Numbered from the stretch's first letter, positions 17,016 through 26,834 are shown. The stretch is 64,000 bases of DNA from Candidatus Daviesbacteria bacterium (GCA_028712705.1 JAQTPP010000001.1:81521-145520); one strand, 5' to 3'. A program made the numbers and translations. Notes: generated by a model not told the origin, from the letters alone.

Positions 17016-17584
17016 TTTAGCCTCTCCACATACTTTGCCAGAATATCAACTTCTATATTGACCACATCGTTTTTATGGAGATTGGAGAGCATGGTGTTTG
17101 TCCAGGTATAGGGAATTATTCCAACGGTAAAGTAATTTTTACTTGCCTCAATGATAGTTAAAGAGATTCCATTAACAGCCACTGAGCCTTTCCTGACCAT
17201 GTATTTGGAAAGTTTGCGGGGAACAGAGAATTTTAAGATATGACTGATTCCCTGCTTGGTGATATTAGTCAGTTTGGCTACTGCGTCTACATGACCCTGG
17301 ACAATATGGCCTGATATAAATCCCGCCGGAGTTAGAGGTAATTCCAGATTGACCAGGTCGTCTGTTTTAAGATTTTCTAGCATTGTTTTATTTAATGTTT
17401 CGGGCATAATTTCAACTGAAAACATGCGGGGAGTTTTTTTTGAAACGGTCAGGCAAACTCCATTTATGGCAATACTTATGCCACTTCTAATTTTTTTACA
17501 AAAGTTAAGATCGGCAGTAAATATAAAAACCGGTCCGTCTTTTTTATTAAGTTTTCCTAAATGTGTAATAATTCCTGTAAACAC
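17012..17584 (-). CDS. ribE: Riboflavin synthase alpha chain
   Basis: Start reassigned to GTG 17584, giving the conserved MFTGII N-terminus; INGVCLTV, VNLE and GHIVQGHVD motifs. Confidence 0.95.
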   Translation of the reverse strand: MFTGIITHLGKLNKKDGPVFIFTADLNFCKKIRSGISIAINGVCLTVSKKTPRMFSVEIMPETLNKTMLENLKTDDLVNLELPLTPAGFISGHIVQGHVDAVAKLTNITKQGISHILKFSVPRKLSKYMVRKGSVAVNGISLTIIEASKNYFTVGIIPYTWTNTMLSNLHKNDVVNIEVDILAKYVERLK

Positions 17585-17608
17585 GCACAAAGTATACCAT
17601 GTCTCCCA

Positions 17609-17663
17609 CAAAAAAACTCGCGCAAAGCGAGTTTTCTTGAAAAGCTATCTTTCGATAACTTTT
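17609..17663 (-). terminator. GAAA-capped hairpin followed by an intrinsic terminator
   Basis: AAAAGTTATC-GAAA-GATAGCTTTT, then AAAACTCGC-TTTGC-GCGAGTTTT and a T run. Confidence 0.7.
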
Positions 17664-17713
17664 AATCTTATATCAAATGGTTTAAGTTTGGTCAAGTAGT
17701 ACAAAATAGATCA

Positions 17714-17896
17714 AAACTTTTTTGTGTACTTTTGTAACCAAAAGTACCAAAAGTTTCTTTGACGGGAAGTCGCGCTAAATCTTCACTGTCGCTAATCGGG
17801 GGCTCACCCCCTCACGAATTCACTAATCGTTCAGTTCGTGGTTCCCCCTGATAGCTCCAGTTCAGATTTTTAACGCGCTTTGTTCCAAGTCAAAGA
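17714..17896. repeat. Long nested inverted-repeat element (MITE/REPIN-like)
   Basis: TACTTTTG/CAAAAGTA hairpin, then TCTTTGAC..GTCAAAGA enclosing GCGC, AAATCT/AGATTT, GGGGG/CCCCC and CACGAA/TTCGTG pairs. Confidence 0.6.
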
Positions 17897-17910
17897 GAGA
17901 AAAATGGAAT

Positions 17911-18525
17911 CTATCTTGTAAGGAGAACAAGGCTACCCATAGCTAATTTAATTGCAAAGAATAGAAGGATTAAAGCAAGGATTTTAAATACAACAGACAC
18001 AAAATTGCCTTTTGTGAGAAGTGGCCTAAATCGAGAAAAAAGGAATGTTAATCCAGTAGTTGCAATAAGCCAACCTAATTCAAAGAGTATTAAAAATAAA
18101 AACTGCCCTCCAGCAATCTTTTGTTTTAGTAAAAATGCCTGGGGAACACAAATTGCCAGCCAAAAAATCCAGAAAGGGCCACTAAAAACTGTTAGAAGAA
18201 ATATTTTCTTAAAAGAGAAAATTGTTTCTTCGCCATCAAACTTTTTAATTTTCCATACTTGGAGTGCTAGCCAGATTAAAACAGCTGTTCCAATAAGAGA
18301 GATGACGGAGAAAATTATTTGTGGAATATGAAATGAAAAGAATATACTCAAAATAAGAAGCGCGACTATTACTTCTGAAATCATTGCCATAAAAATAATA
18401 CGCAGACTGTTAATGAAGCCTTTTCTTAAACTTTCGGCAAAAGCGGATGTGAGTATTGGTCCAGGAGTAGCTCCACCAATCAAACCCAGCATAAAAGCGC
18501 TAAATATTTGAAGTAAGAGTTCCAT
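17911..18525 (-). CDS. LysE-family translocator
   Basis: GATPGP N-terminal motif, about 6 TM helices, about 200 aa. Confidence 0.8.
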   Translation of the reverse strand: MELLLQIFSAFMLGLIGGATPGPILTSAFAESLRKGFINSLRIIFMAMISEVIVALLILSIFFSFHIPQIIFSVISLIGTAVLIWLALQVWKIKKFDGEETIFSFKKIFLLTVFSGPFWIFWLAICVPQAFLLKQKIAGGQFLFLILFELGWLIATTGLTFLFSRFRPLLTKGNFVSVVFKILALILLFFAIKLAMGSLVLLTR

Positions 18526-18596
18526 ATGATTTTATAGTAGCATAAAATTTTCAAATAGCTTCGCGTAGACAATAAGTTGTGATATAGTATCTTTGA

Positions 18597-19052
18597 ATGA
18601 AAGTATATCTTGCCACAGATCATGCGGGGTTTCAGTTAAAAGAAAAAATTAAAGAATTTCTAAAAAAAGCAGGATATGAAGCAGAAGATTTTGGCGCAAA
18701 TACGTTTGATCCGGAGGATGATTATCCTGATTTTATTTCTAAAGCTGCAGAAAAAGTATCAAAAGATCCAAGCAGCAGAGCTATAATTTTGGGGGGTTCA
18801 GGACAAGGAGAGGCAATGGTTGCCAATAAATTTCCAAATGTCAGAGCGGCAGTATATTATGGGTCCGCAGAGCAAATACCTAGCTTAACCCGTCAGCACA
18901 ACGATTCTAATGTTTTGTCCCTGGGGGCGAGATTCTTAAAAGAGGATACGGCAATTGAGGCTGTTAAATTATTTTTACAAACCCCGTTTTCAAATGAAGA
19001 ACGGCACACCAGAAGAATTGAGAAGATTAAAAAGATAGAAGAAAAACCTTAA
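18597..19052 (+). CDS. rpiB: Ribose-5-phosphate isomerase B
   Basis: TDHAG, DDYPD, GGSGQGE and HNDSNVLSLGAR motifs. Confidence 0.95.
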   Translation: MKVYLATDHAGFQLKEKIKEFLKKAGYEAEDFGANTFDPEDDYPDFISKAAEKVSKDPSSRAIILGGSGQGEAMVANKFPNVRAAVYYGSAEQIPSLTRQHNDSNVLSLGARFLKEDTAIEAVKLFLQTPFSNEERHTRRIEKIKKIEEKP

Positions 19053-19694
19053 ATGGTGCAAATTATTCCTGCGATACTGGATACAACTCCCGAAGATTTT
19101 AGAAATCATGTTGAGCAATTGAAACATTCGGCATCTTTTCAGGAAGGTTGGATACATATTGACTTTGCGGATAATGAATTTGTTCAAAATAAGACAGTTG
19201 ACATTACTACAGTTGCCAAAAACCCCATTTCTCTTAACAAGGAAGCGCATTTAATGGTTATGCATCCTTTGCAGTGGATAGACAAGCTAAAAGAAGCTTT
19301 CTTTAAGAGAGTTATTTTTCACTTTGAATCAAAGGATGATATTTTGAGATGTATCAGTAAGATAAAACAGTTAGAGATGGAAGCTGGAATTGCTTTAAAT
19401 ATTGATACTCCGATTGAGAAGTTGGAGCCGTTTAAAGATAAAATAGATTTAGTATTAATTATGGCAGTTATTCCAGGACTTCAAGGCCAGCCGTTCCTGC
19501 TGGAAGCGCTTGATAAAATTAAGGCTTTAAAAAAATTGAGCTGGTCTGTTAGAATTTCAGTTGACGGGGCAGTCAGAGACAGTAATGCTAAGCAAATTGT
19601 TGAGGCAGGCGCGGACCAGCTGACAATTGGCTCGTATCTTTTAAAAGGAGATATTGATGAGAATTTGGAAAATCTATGGGAAGTCATCAAATGA
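19053..19694 (+). CDS. rpe: Ribulose-phosphate 3-epimerase
   Basis: IIPAIL, HIDFAD, EAHLMV, MAVIPG and VDGAV motifs. Confidence 0.9.
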   Translation: MVQIIPAILDTTPEDFRNHVEQLKHSASFQEGWIHIDFADNEFVQNKTVDITTVAKNPISLNKEAHLMVMHPLQWIDKLKEAFFKRVIFHFESKDDILRCISKIKQLEMEAGIALNIDTPIEKLEPFKDKIDLVLIMAVIPGLQGQPFLLEALDKIKALKKLSWSVRISVDGAVRDSNAKQIVEAGADQLTIGSYLLKGDIDENLENLWEVIK

Positions 19695-20320
19695 GTAACG
19701 GAATACCTAAAGCTGAATCTATAAATCAGATTGCTATTTTCGGTTCATCTCATACAGAAGAAAATAGCGTGTTATGCAAGGAAACTTTTACAGTTTGTAA
19801 GAAATTAACGGAAGCCGGTTATGTGGTAGTAGACGGAGGCGGACCGGGAGTAATGAGAGCGGCAAGTTTGGGAGCAAAAGCAGGCGGAGGTAAAGTTATT
19901 GGGGTGACTTTTCAGGCAGAGGAGATAATGCATTTTGAAGGAAGGGATTTTCTTAATAAGATAGATGTAGAAATAAAAACAAAAAATTACCTGGAAAGGA
20001 CCCTGACCCTTTTAAAGGAAGGACAAGTGTATGTAATTTTCAATGGGGGAACCGGGACTATTTCCGAATTCGGCATGGCTTGGGGTTTGGCTAAACTTTA
20101 TTTCGGTCATCATAAACCATTGATTTTATACGGCAAATTCTGGGAAAACATTATCAAGGCATTTAAGGATAATATGATTCTGCGGCCGGAAGAGCTGGAA
20201 GTTTATAAAATTGTTGATAATCCAGATGCAGTTCTGCAGGCAATACTGGATTTTGAACATGAATTAAAACAGGGGCAACACTTGTACGTTAAAGCAATAA
20301 CTGACGATTTTAGTGTATGA
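19691..20320 (+). CDS. LOG-family nucleotide-binding protein
   Basis: AIFGSS, GGGPGVM and GGTGTISE motifs. Confidence 0.88.
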   Translation: MSNGIPKAESINQIAIFGSSHTEENSVLCKETFTVCKKLTEAGYVVVDGGGPGVMRAASLGAKAGGGKVIGVTFQAEEIMHFEGRDFLNKIDVEIKTKNYLERTLTLLKEGQVYVIFNGGTGTISEFGMAWGLAKLYFGHHKPLILYGKFWENIIKAFKDNMILRPEELEVYKIVDNPDAVLQAILDFEHELKQGQHLYVKAITDDFSV

Positions 20321-21135
20321 ATATTTATAAATTAGAAGAAACAGCCAATTTAATCCGCCAGGATATTATCAAGATGTTACTTGAGGCAGGATCAGGGCAT
20401 TCAGCCGGGTCTTTGGGGATGGCTGATATTTTTGCCGCACTCTATTTTCATATCCTAAATCATAATCCGGCAAAGCCGGACTGGAACGGGAGAGATCGGT
20501 TGATTTTATCTAACGGCCATATTTGCCCGGCACTTTATGCAACTATGGCCCGTGCGGGCTATTTTCCTATCTCAGAGCTTAAGACCTTGCGTAAGTTGGG
20601 TAGCAGATTACAAGGCCATCCCCATCGGACTTCTTTGCCCGGGATTGAAACAACCTCCGGACCCTTAGGTTCCGGCTTGTCGCAGGCTGCGGGTTTGGCT
20701 TTAGCCGGACGTATGGATAAGGCCAGCTGGCGGGTGATTTGTTTAACATCAGACGGGGAGCATGACGAGGGCAATACCTGGGAAGCAGTGATGTTCGCCG
20801 GTAGAAATAAGCTGCATAATTTAACAGCTGTAATTGATAGAAATAATATTCAAATTGACGGATTTACGGAAGATGTTATGCCGCTTGATAGTTTACGGGC
20901 AAAATATGAAGCTTTTAACTGGCATGTTATTGAGATTGACGGACATAATATGCAGGAAATTATTAATTCTTTTAACAAAGCTAAGACGATTTTGGAAAAA
21001 CCGACGGTAATAATTGCCCATACGATTCCGGGGAAAGGGGTAAGTTTTATGGAAGGAAAATACGAATGGCATGGAAAATCACCTGATAAAGAAGAGGCAA
21101 AAAGGGCCTTGGCAGAGCTTAAAAATCATGATTAA
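20317..21135 (+). CDS. Transketolase, N-terminal subunit
   Basis: SGHSAGSLG, LSNGH, LQGHP, SDGEHDEG and GKG motifs. Confidence 0.95.
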   Translation: MNIYKLEETANLIRQDIIKMLLEAGSGHSAGSLGMADIFAALYFHILNHNPAKPDWNGRDRLILSNGHICPALYATMARAGYFPISELKTLRKLGSRLQGHPHRTSLPGIETTSGPLGSGLSQAAGLALAGRMDKASWRVICLTSDGEHDEGNTWEAVMFAGRNKLHNLTAVIDRNNIQIDGFTEDVMPLDSLRAKYEAFNWHVIEIDGHNMQEIINSFNKAKTILEKPTVIIAHTIPGKGVSFMEGKYEWHGKSPDKEEAKRALAELKNHD

Positions 21136-22114
21136 TTCAAAAGCATATTTGAACCCGAAATTATTTGATCCCGGTGTTGAACAGGCGCCGACCCGGAATG
21201 GTTACGGCGAAGGTTTAGTTTTAGCAGGGGAAGAAGATGAACAAGTAGTGGCGCTTTGCGCAGACTTAACCGAATCTACAAAGGCCAAAGCTTTTGCCGA
21301 AAAATTTCCGCAAAGGTTTATTGAGGTGGGGGTAGCTGAGCAAAATTTAGTGACAGTTGCAGCTGGTATGGCTCTTTTGGGAAAAATTCCTTTTGCTTCA
21401 TCTTTTGCTACTTTTTCGCCGGGCAGAAACTGGGAGCAGATTAGAACAACTGTTTGTTATAACGACATGCCAGTTAAGATTATCGGTTCTCATGTCGGTG
21501 TCAGTGTTGGACCTGATGGAGCAACACATCAAGCTTTGGAAGATATAGCCATGATGCGGTGTTTGCCTAATATGATAGTAATTTCTCCGGTAGATGCAAT
21601 TGAAGCTAAAAAAGCTACGCTGGCTATGGCCAAGCTATCTAAGCCTTGTTACCTCAGGTTGTCCAGAGATAAAATACCTGTTGTAACTACGGAGCAAACC
21701 CCTTTTAAGATAGGAAATGCAGAAATTTTCTATGAGGGAAATGATGTGGCGGTGATTGCCACCGGTCCGATGGTTTATAGGGCTTTGCTGGCTGCTAAAG
21801 AGCTACAGTCGCGCAAAATATCTGTTCGAGTAATAAATTGCCACACTATTAAACCTTTAGATAAGGAGTTAGTGATAAATGCAGCTAAAGATTGCGGAGC
21901 AATAGTTACAGCAGAAGAACATCAGGTTACAGGCGGTTTGGGAGGTGCGGTTGCGGAAGTCATTTCGCAAAATTTTCCTGTGCCTTTAAAAATTATCGGT
22001 GTTGAAGATAAATTTGGAGAATCAGGTGAATCAGAGGAGCTGTTTACAAAATTCGGCTTAACGGAAAAAGCAATTATTTCGGCTATAAACCATATCTTGA
22101 AAATGAAAATATGA
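21128..22114 (+). CDS. Transketolase, C-terminal subunit
   Basis: GVAEQN, GPDGATHQ and EEHQVTGGLG motifs; ATG at 21128. Confidence 0.95.
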   Translation: MINSKAYLNPKLFDPGVEQAPTRNGYGEGLVLAGEEDEQVVALCADLTESTKAKAFAEKFPQRFIEVGVAEQNLVTVAAGMALLGKIPFASSFATFSPGRNWEQIRTTVCYNDMPVKIIGSHVGVSVGPDGATHQALEDIAMMRCLPNMIVISPVDAIEAKKATLAMAKLSKPCYLRLSRDKIPVVTTEQTPFKIGNAEIFYEGNDVAVIATGPMVYRALLAAKELQSRKISVRVINCHTIKPLDKELVINAAKDCGAIVTAEEHQVTGGLGGAVAEVISQNFPVPLKIIGVEDKFGESGESEELFTKFGLTEKAIISAINHILKMKI

Positions 22115-22533
22115 TTTCATCCAATTTATCCAACCGGTTTATCTTTGTTTTGAGCTTGTTAGGGCTTTTTGTGAGTTCTTTTTTATTTTATGAATATAAC
22201 TTGCAAGGCTCGGTTATTTGTCCGATAGGTACAGGCTGCAATGTTGTCCGGACCAGTTCTTATTCCAGTTTTATCGGGATCTCGATCCCCTTTTTAGGCA
22301 TGCTTTTTTATTTTGCAATGGCAATACTTTCAGTGGCGCATGCCCAAAAAACGTTTAATAATTTATTATTCCGGCTGAAACTTTTAATCTCTTTGTCCGG
22401 GGTTGGTTTTGGTATATATCTTACTTTCTTGGAGATCTTTGTGATCAAAGCGATTTGCTTTTGGTGCGTATTGTCGTTTATAATATCGCTTGCGATATTA
22501 CTATCGGTTATTCTAGATGAAAACAGAAACTAA
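22111..22533 (+). CDS. Vitamin K epoxide reductase (VKOR) family protein
   Basis: C-x5-C loop and CFWC motif, four TM helices. Confidence 0.9.
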   Translation: MISSNLSNRFIFVLSLLGLFVSSFLFYEYNLQGSVICPIGTGCNVVRTSSYSSFIGISIPFLGMLFYFAMAILSVAHAQKTFNNLLFRLKLLISLSGVGFGIYLTFLEIFVIKAICFWCVLSFIISLAILLSVILDENRN

Positions 22534-23161
22534 ATGGCTGGGTATGATTTTAATATGCACCCTGATTCTTTTGTTCGGAGGTATATTTCTGCTGACCCGA
22601 GGCAATCCCTTAGAAGTAGTTGATGGCGCAACCGTTTTCCAGATCGATTATTCCAGGGGACAAAAAATTGGCAGCGATAGCGCCAAAGTAAGGATAGTAG
22701 AGTTTTCGGATTTTGAGTGTCTTGCCTGCGCAGCTGTTGAATCATATGTTGCAAGGCTCCGGGCTGCGGATCCAAACAAAATCCAGTTTATTTATCGCCA
22801 TTTTCCGCTTTCTCAGCATGTCCATTCCAGCCAGGCGGCAGCCTTGGCTGAGGCGGCCGGAGAGCAGGGCAAATTTTGGGAAATGCATGACAAACTTTTA
22901 GAGACTCAAGCGAGGTGGTCTTCTATGAACGACGCAACATCCTTTTTTATGGATTTAGTGAAAGAGCTGGGGCTGGATGAAGATAAAATTAAGCAGGCGA
23001 TGGCAGGAAATGTTATAAAAGCGAAAATTGACAGCGATGCAGCTGAGGGAAACAGTTTGGGAATCAGTCAAACGCCAACCTTTTTTGTAAATGGACGAAA
23101 ACTTGATTTGCAAAAGTTTGAAGATTTAGATACTCTTGTAGAGCAAGAACTAAAGAAGTAA
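22517..23161 (+). CDS. DsbA-like thiol-disulfide oxidoreductase
   Basis: EFSDFECLAC, YRHFPL and TPTFFVNG motifs. Confidence 0.92.
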   Translation: MKTETKWLGMILICTLILLFGGIFLLTRGNPLEVVDGATVFQIDYSRGQKIGSDSAKVRIVEFSDFECLACAAVESYVARLRAADPNKIQFIYRHFPLSQHVHSSQAAALAEAAGEQGKFWEMHDKLLETQARWSSMNDATSFFMDLVKELGLDEDKIKQAMAGNVIKAKIDSDAAEGNSLGISQTPTFFVNGRKLDLQKFEDLDTLVEQELKK

Positions 23162-23177
23162 GATAAAAATACTAGAA

Positions 23178-23990
23178 ATGAGCGATTTTTCTCCAATAAA
23201 TGACATAATTAATCTTTCCGGAAAGGCAGCTGTGGTGACAGGAGGGGCTATGGGTATTGGTTTTGGAATAACCTACAGGTTGGCTGAGGCTGGGGCAAAA
23301 GTGATGATTGCCGATTTTAAGGAAGCAGAATCGCTGATAGCTGTCCGGAAATTAACGGAAAAAGGCTGGACGGCAAAATCTGTTAAAGTGGATGTTTCAA
23401 ACGAAGAAAATGTTAAAGAGATGGTTAAAGAAACCGTTAGTGCTTTTGGGAGTTTGGATATACTAGTTAATAATGCCGGAATTTACCCAAGTATTGCGGT
23501 TTCGCAAATGAGTCTGGCTGATTTTGATAAGGTTTTGTCTGTGAACCTAAAAGGAGTTTTTCTATGCACAAAATATGTTTGTGAACAAATGATAAAACAA
23601 GGAAAGGGAGGAAAGATAATTAACATTACTTCTATTGATGCGCTTCATCCTTCTTCCATAGGGCTAGCTCATTACGATGCTTCCAAACACGGAGTTTGGG
23701 GTTTTACCAAAAACGTGGCCCTGGAGTTGGCCTCCCACAAAATTTGGGTTAATGCTATTGCGCCGGGGGGGATTGCAACGCCGGGAGTACAGGTAGCGCA
23801 AGGTAAAGCTTCTGTGCCGGCAGGCGTGGATATGTCTAAAATGCTGGAAGGTTTCCTGGCTAAAATTCCCATGCGCAGGATGGGAGAGCCGGACGATATT
23901 GGTAAAGTTGCGCTGTTTTTGGCTTCAGACATGTCTTCATATATGACCGGTAGCCAGATAGTGGTGGACGGCGGAGTTTTGCTTTCTTAA
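23178..23990 (+). CDS. Short-chain dehydrogenase/reductase
   Basis: TGGAMGIG, NNAG and YDASK motifs. Confidence 0.93.
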   Translation: MSDFSPINDIINLSGKAAVVTGGAMGIGFGITYRLAEAGAKVMIADFKEAESLIAVRKLTEKGWTAKSVKVDVSNEENVKEMVKETVSAFGSLDILVNNAGIYPSIAVSQMSLADFDKVLSVNLKGVFLCTKYVCEQMIKQGKGGKIINITSIDALHPSSIGLAHYDASKHGVWGFTKNVALELASHKIWVNAIAPGGIATPGVQVAQGKASVPAGVDMSKMLEGFLAKIPMRRMGEPDDIGKVALFLASDMSSYMTGSQIVVDGGVLLS

Positions 23991-24074
23991 AAATTTCCGG
24001 TATCATAGCTTTTGAAAAGGGTGAAAATCTAATATAATAATTACTAATTCGCCGGCCGGTTGATTTATAAAAAC

Positions 24075-25058
24075 ATGCTAGATTTAATCTCTATCGGAGA
24101 TGCCAGGATTGATAATTTTGTCCATTTGCCAAAGGCCCATATAAGCTGTACTTTGAACAGGGAAAGCTGTGAAATTTGTTTGAATTACGGGGATAAAATT
24201 CCGGTAGACGAGATGCGGTGTTTGCCTGCAGGAAATAATAACAATAACGCTGTGGGCGCAGCCAGATTGAAGATGAAAACAGCGCTTTACGGCAATGTCG
24301 GCGACGACGGCAACGGCAGAATGATTCTGGATCATTTAAGAAAGGAAGGCGTTGTCACGCGTTACGTGGTTGTAAACAAAGATGTGCCGACAGAGCAATC
24401 AATAGTTTTAACATACCAGGGCGAGCGGACGATTTTAGTTTATCACTATCCCTGGGATTACAGTCTGCCTGATTTGGAGCGGGCCAGATGGATCTATTTT
24501 AGTTCCGTATCTTATTCATACACCAAGACCTCTTTAATTTCTCAAATTGAAAGTTATATAGAAAGAACCGGAGCGAATTTGGCTTTCGGTCCGGGGACAA
24601 ATCAATTAAAAGACGGGGTCAAAAAATATCCGAAGCTGCTTTCTTTGACCAAAGTTTTTATTGTGAATTATGAAGAGGCCAAGAAAGTTTTGGAAATTGC
24701 GGAGGAGAAAAAAGCGGACATCAAAAAGTTACTTACCGGTTTGGCGGATTTAGGTCCAGGGATGGTGGTAATTACCGATGGAGAGGATGGATCATACGGA
24801 TTTGATGGAGATAAATTCTACAAAATCGGAATTTTTCCGGCAAATTTAGCGGAGATGACTGGAGCAGGTGACGCGTATTCGACAGGTCTTTTGGCAGGTC
24901 TTTTTCATGGAAATAGTTTAGCTCTGGCAATGCGGTGGGGTGCGGCAAACGGGGCCTCAGTTGTGGAGCAAATCGGCGCGCAAACAGGACTTTTGAGCTT
25001 GCATCAAATGCAGGAGAAATTAAAGATGAATCCTAAAATTATTGCAAAAGAAATATAG
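24075..25058 (+). CDS. PfkB-family carbohydrate kinase
   Basis: GNVGDD and TGAGDAY motifs. Confidence 0.9.
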   Translation: MLDLISIGDARIDNFVHLPKAHISCTLNRESCEICLNYGDKIPVDEMRCLPAGNNNNNAVGAARLKMKTALYGNVGDDGNGRMILDHLRKEGVVTRYVVVNKDVPTEQSIVLTYQGERTILVYHYPWDYSLPDLERARWIYFSSVSYSYTKTSLISQIESYIERTGANLAFGPGTNQLKDGVKKYPKLLSLTKVFIVNYEEAKKVLEIAEEKKADIKKLLTGLADLGPGMVVITDGEDGSYGFDGDKFYKIGIFPANLAEMTGAGDAYSTGLLAGLFHGNSLALAMRWGAANGASVVEQIGAQTGLLSLHQMQEKLKMNPKIIAKEI

Positions 25059-25070
25059 CGCAGCCGGTTT

Positions 25071-25793
25071 TTAATGTACGACCACGCGGGTACCGGGATT
25101 TTCTGCAGTTGCTCTGACAGCACCCTGGCCGGATGGAACAGTTGGTCCGGCCCAATCAAAAATTTGGGCAGCAGAGGCAAGAGGAGAGTTAACGCAGCCA
25201 TGACTCATCGGGTGGCCGAAATTATTATGCCAGTAAGCCCCGTGAATAGCATAACCCAGGTGAAAGAACATATTATTTGGAACATTAGGCAGGTTGTAGT
25301 AAGTGCCCAAGGCTTGCGATCCTCCTGCCATGCTTTGACTTCTGGTTTTATACCAGATATTGAACGTTCCTTTGGGGGTAGGAGCCCATAGGCCGGTAGA
25401 GATCGGGAATTCCATGACTAGCCTGTTTCCTTCCCAAGCCCTAAGCCGTTGTTCGTCTAAAGATATATCAATCCATTTTTCTTCCCCGGCGGGATTGGTT
25501 GTACCCAGTACTGTTTGGTTGTTGTCCTGGTTTTCGGCTAGAGATTCTGAATACGCATAAGCAAGCGATGTTTTAGGATAGTCTATAACTTTGTTGTTAT
25601 AGGTAGCGGTACTGGCTTCCTCGTTAAACTTGCCGTCTGATTTGGCAACCGTACCGGCATCACAGCAGGAGGTGGTTGGGTCGCCGGAAATGTCTAATTT
25701 ATAAACGATTGTCCGCCTGATTGATTGAAAATTAAAAGCAACGAAGGCAATAACAGCTACTATCAGCAAAAGAGGTATCAGACGGTGCAGCAT
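25071..25793 (-). CDS. L,D-transpeptidase (YkuD family)
   Basis: ISTG..TPKG, AIHG and SHGCVN motifs. Confidence 0.92.
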   Translation of the reverse strand: MLHRLIPLLLIVAVIAFVAFNFQSIRRTIVYKLDISGDPTTSCCDAGTVAKSDGKFNEEASTATYNNKVIDYPKTSLAYAYSESLAENQDNNQTVLGTTNPAGEEKWIDISLDEQRLRAWEGNRLVMEFPISTGLWAPTPKGTFNIWYKTRSQSMAGGSQALGTYYNLPNVPNNMFFHLGYAIHGAYWHNNFGHPMSHGCVNSPLASAAQIFDWAGPTVPSGQGAVRATAENPGTRVVVH

Positions 25794-25879
25794 ATAAAAG
25801 TTTTGCGCTTCCGTCTTAGCACAATTTAATTGTGAGGCAAAATTGCTCTGGACGTCAAGAGGGAGTTTACTTTTTCTCT

Positions 25880-25907
25880 GTCATTCTGAAGCATAGCGTA
25901 AGAATCT
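25880..25907. repeat. Single intergenic GTCA-tagged REP
   Basis: GTCATTCTGAAGCATAGCGTAAGAATCT. Confidence 0.7.
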
Positions 25908-25922
25908 GTTATCATTACTGTC

Positions 25923-26834
25923 ATGAAAAAATTAGCTGTCTTGGCAACTATTTTGACTGCTCTCCTTGCAGTTTTGTTTATAATCAGTTCAAGCAAGGAG
26001 GCGGGAAATTTAATTTCCCCTCTGGCGGAGGGGACAAGAGTTTTAGGGATAAACCAATGGTTTCCGGGAAATACAAATATAGCTCAAGCAGATGCTCCAG
26101 GAGTGAGCGCGGAAGCGGTTTTGTTTGTTGATACAAAAACCGGGCAGGTTCTTTTTTCAAAAAATCCCAATAAAAAATTGCCGATTGCCTCTTTGGTTAA
26201 GGTTATGACAGCGCTCGTGGCTTTGGAACACAAAAGTATGGATGATGAATTTTTTGTTTCCCGGCATGCAGCCGAGACTGAACCTGACAAAATGTTGCTT
26301 ATTGCCGGAGAAAAATTAACTTTGAGAGAGCTTTTGGATGGAGTCTTTTTAATATCGGCAAATGATGCGGCAGAAGTTTTGAGCGAAGGTACAGCGGGAA
26401 GCAGGGATGAATTTATCAAGTTGATGAATGATAAGACGGAACAGTTAGGAATGAAAGAAACTTATTTCGTAAATCCCACCGGGTTGGATGAAGATTCCAA
26501 TAATTCATATTCAACGGTTTATGATTTGGCTATTTTGACGCGATTTCTGATAAGGCACTACCCGGAAGTTGTTGATATTTCCAAGACGGAACATATTTAT
26601 TTACCGAAGACGGAGAATCACCAGGATTATGATATGTATTCAGGGATAAATCTGTTGACAACTTATCCGGGGGTTGTGGGTTTTAAAACCGGTTATACCC
26701 CGGAGGCAGGGTTGACTTTAATAACTTTGGCAAAGAAAAATGGACATGAGGTGATAGGGGTATTGCTCGGGTCAGGGGATAGGCGGGATGAGGCAAGAGA
26801 AATTTTGGACTATTCATTTAATAAACTAAAGTGA
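25923..26834 (+). CDS. D-alanyl-D-alanine carboxypeptidase (peptidase S11)
   Basis: ASLVK, SAND and KTG motifs. Confidence 0.93.
   Translation: MKKLAVLATILTALLAVLFIISSSKEAGNLISPLAEGTRVLGINQWFPGNTNIAQADAPGVSAEAVLFVDTKTGQVLFSKNPNKKLPIASLVKVMTALVALEHKSMDDEFFVSRHAAETEPDKMLLIAGEKLTLRELLDGVFLISANDAAEVLSEGTAGSRDEFIKLMNDKTEQLGMKETYFVNPTGLDEDSNNSYSTVYDLAILTRFLIRHYPEVVDISKTEHIYLPKTENHQDYDMYSGINLLTTYPGVVGFKTGYTPEAGLTLITLAKKNGHEVIGVLLGSGDRRDEAREILDYSFNKLK

Noticed and set aside
17590-17900. FMN riboswitch upstream of the rib operon
   Set aside because: The conserved FMN aptamer sequences are not visible.
26016-26034. TCCCCTC-TGGCG-GAGGGGA hairpin in the carboxypeptidase gene
   Set aside because: Single occurrence encoding an ordinary-looking linker; may be chance.
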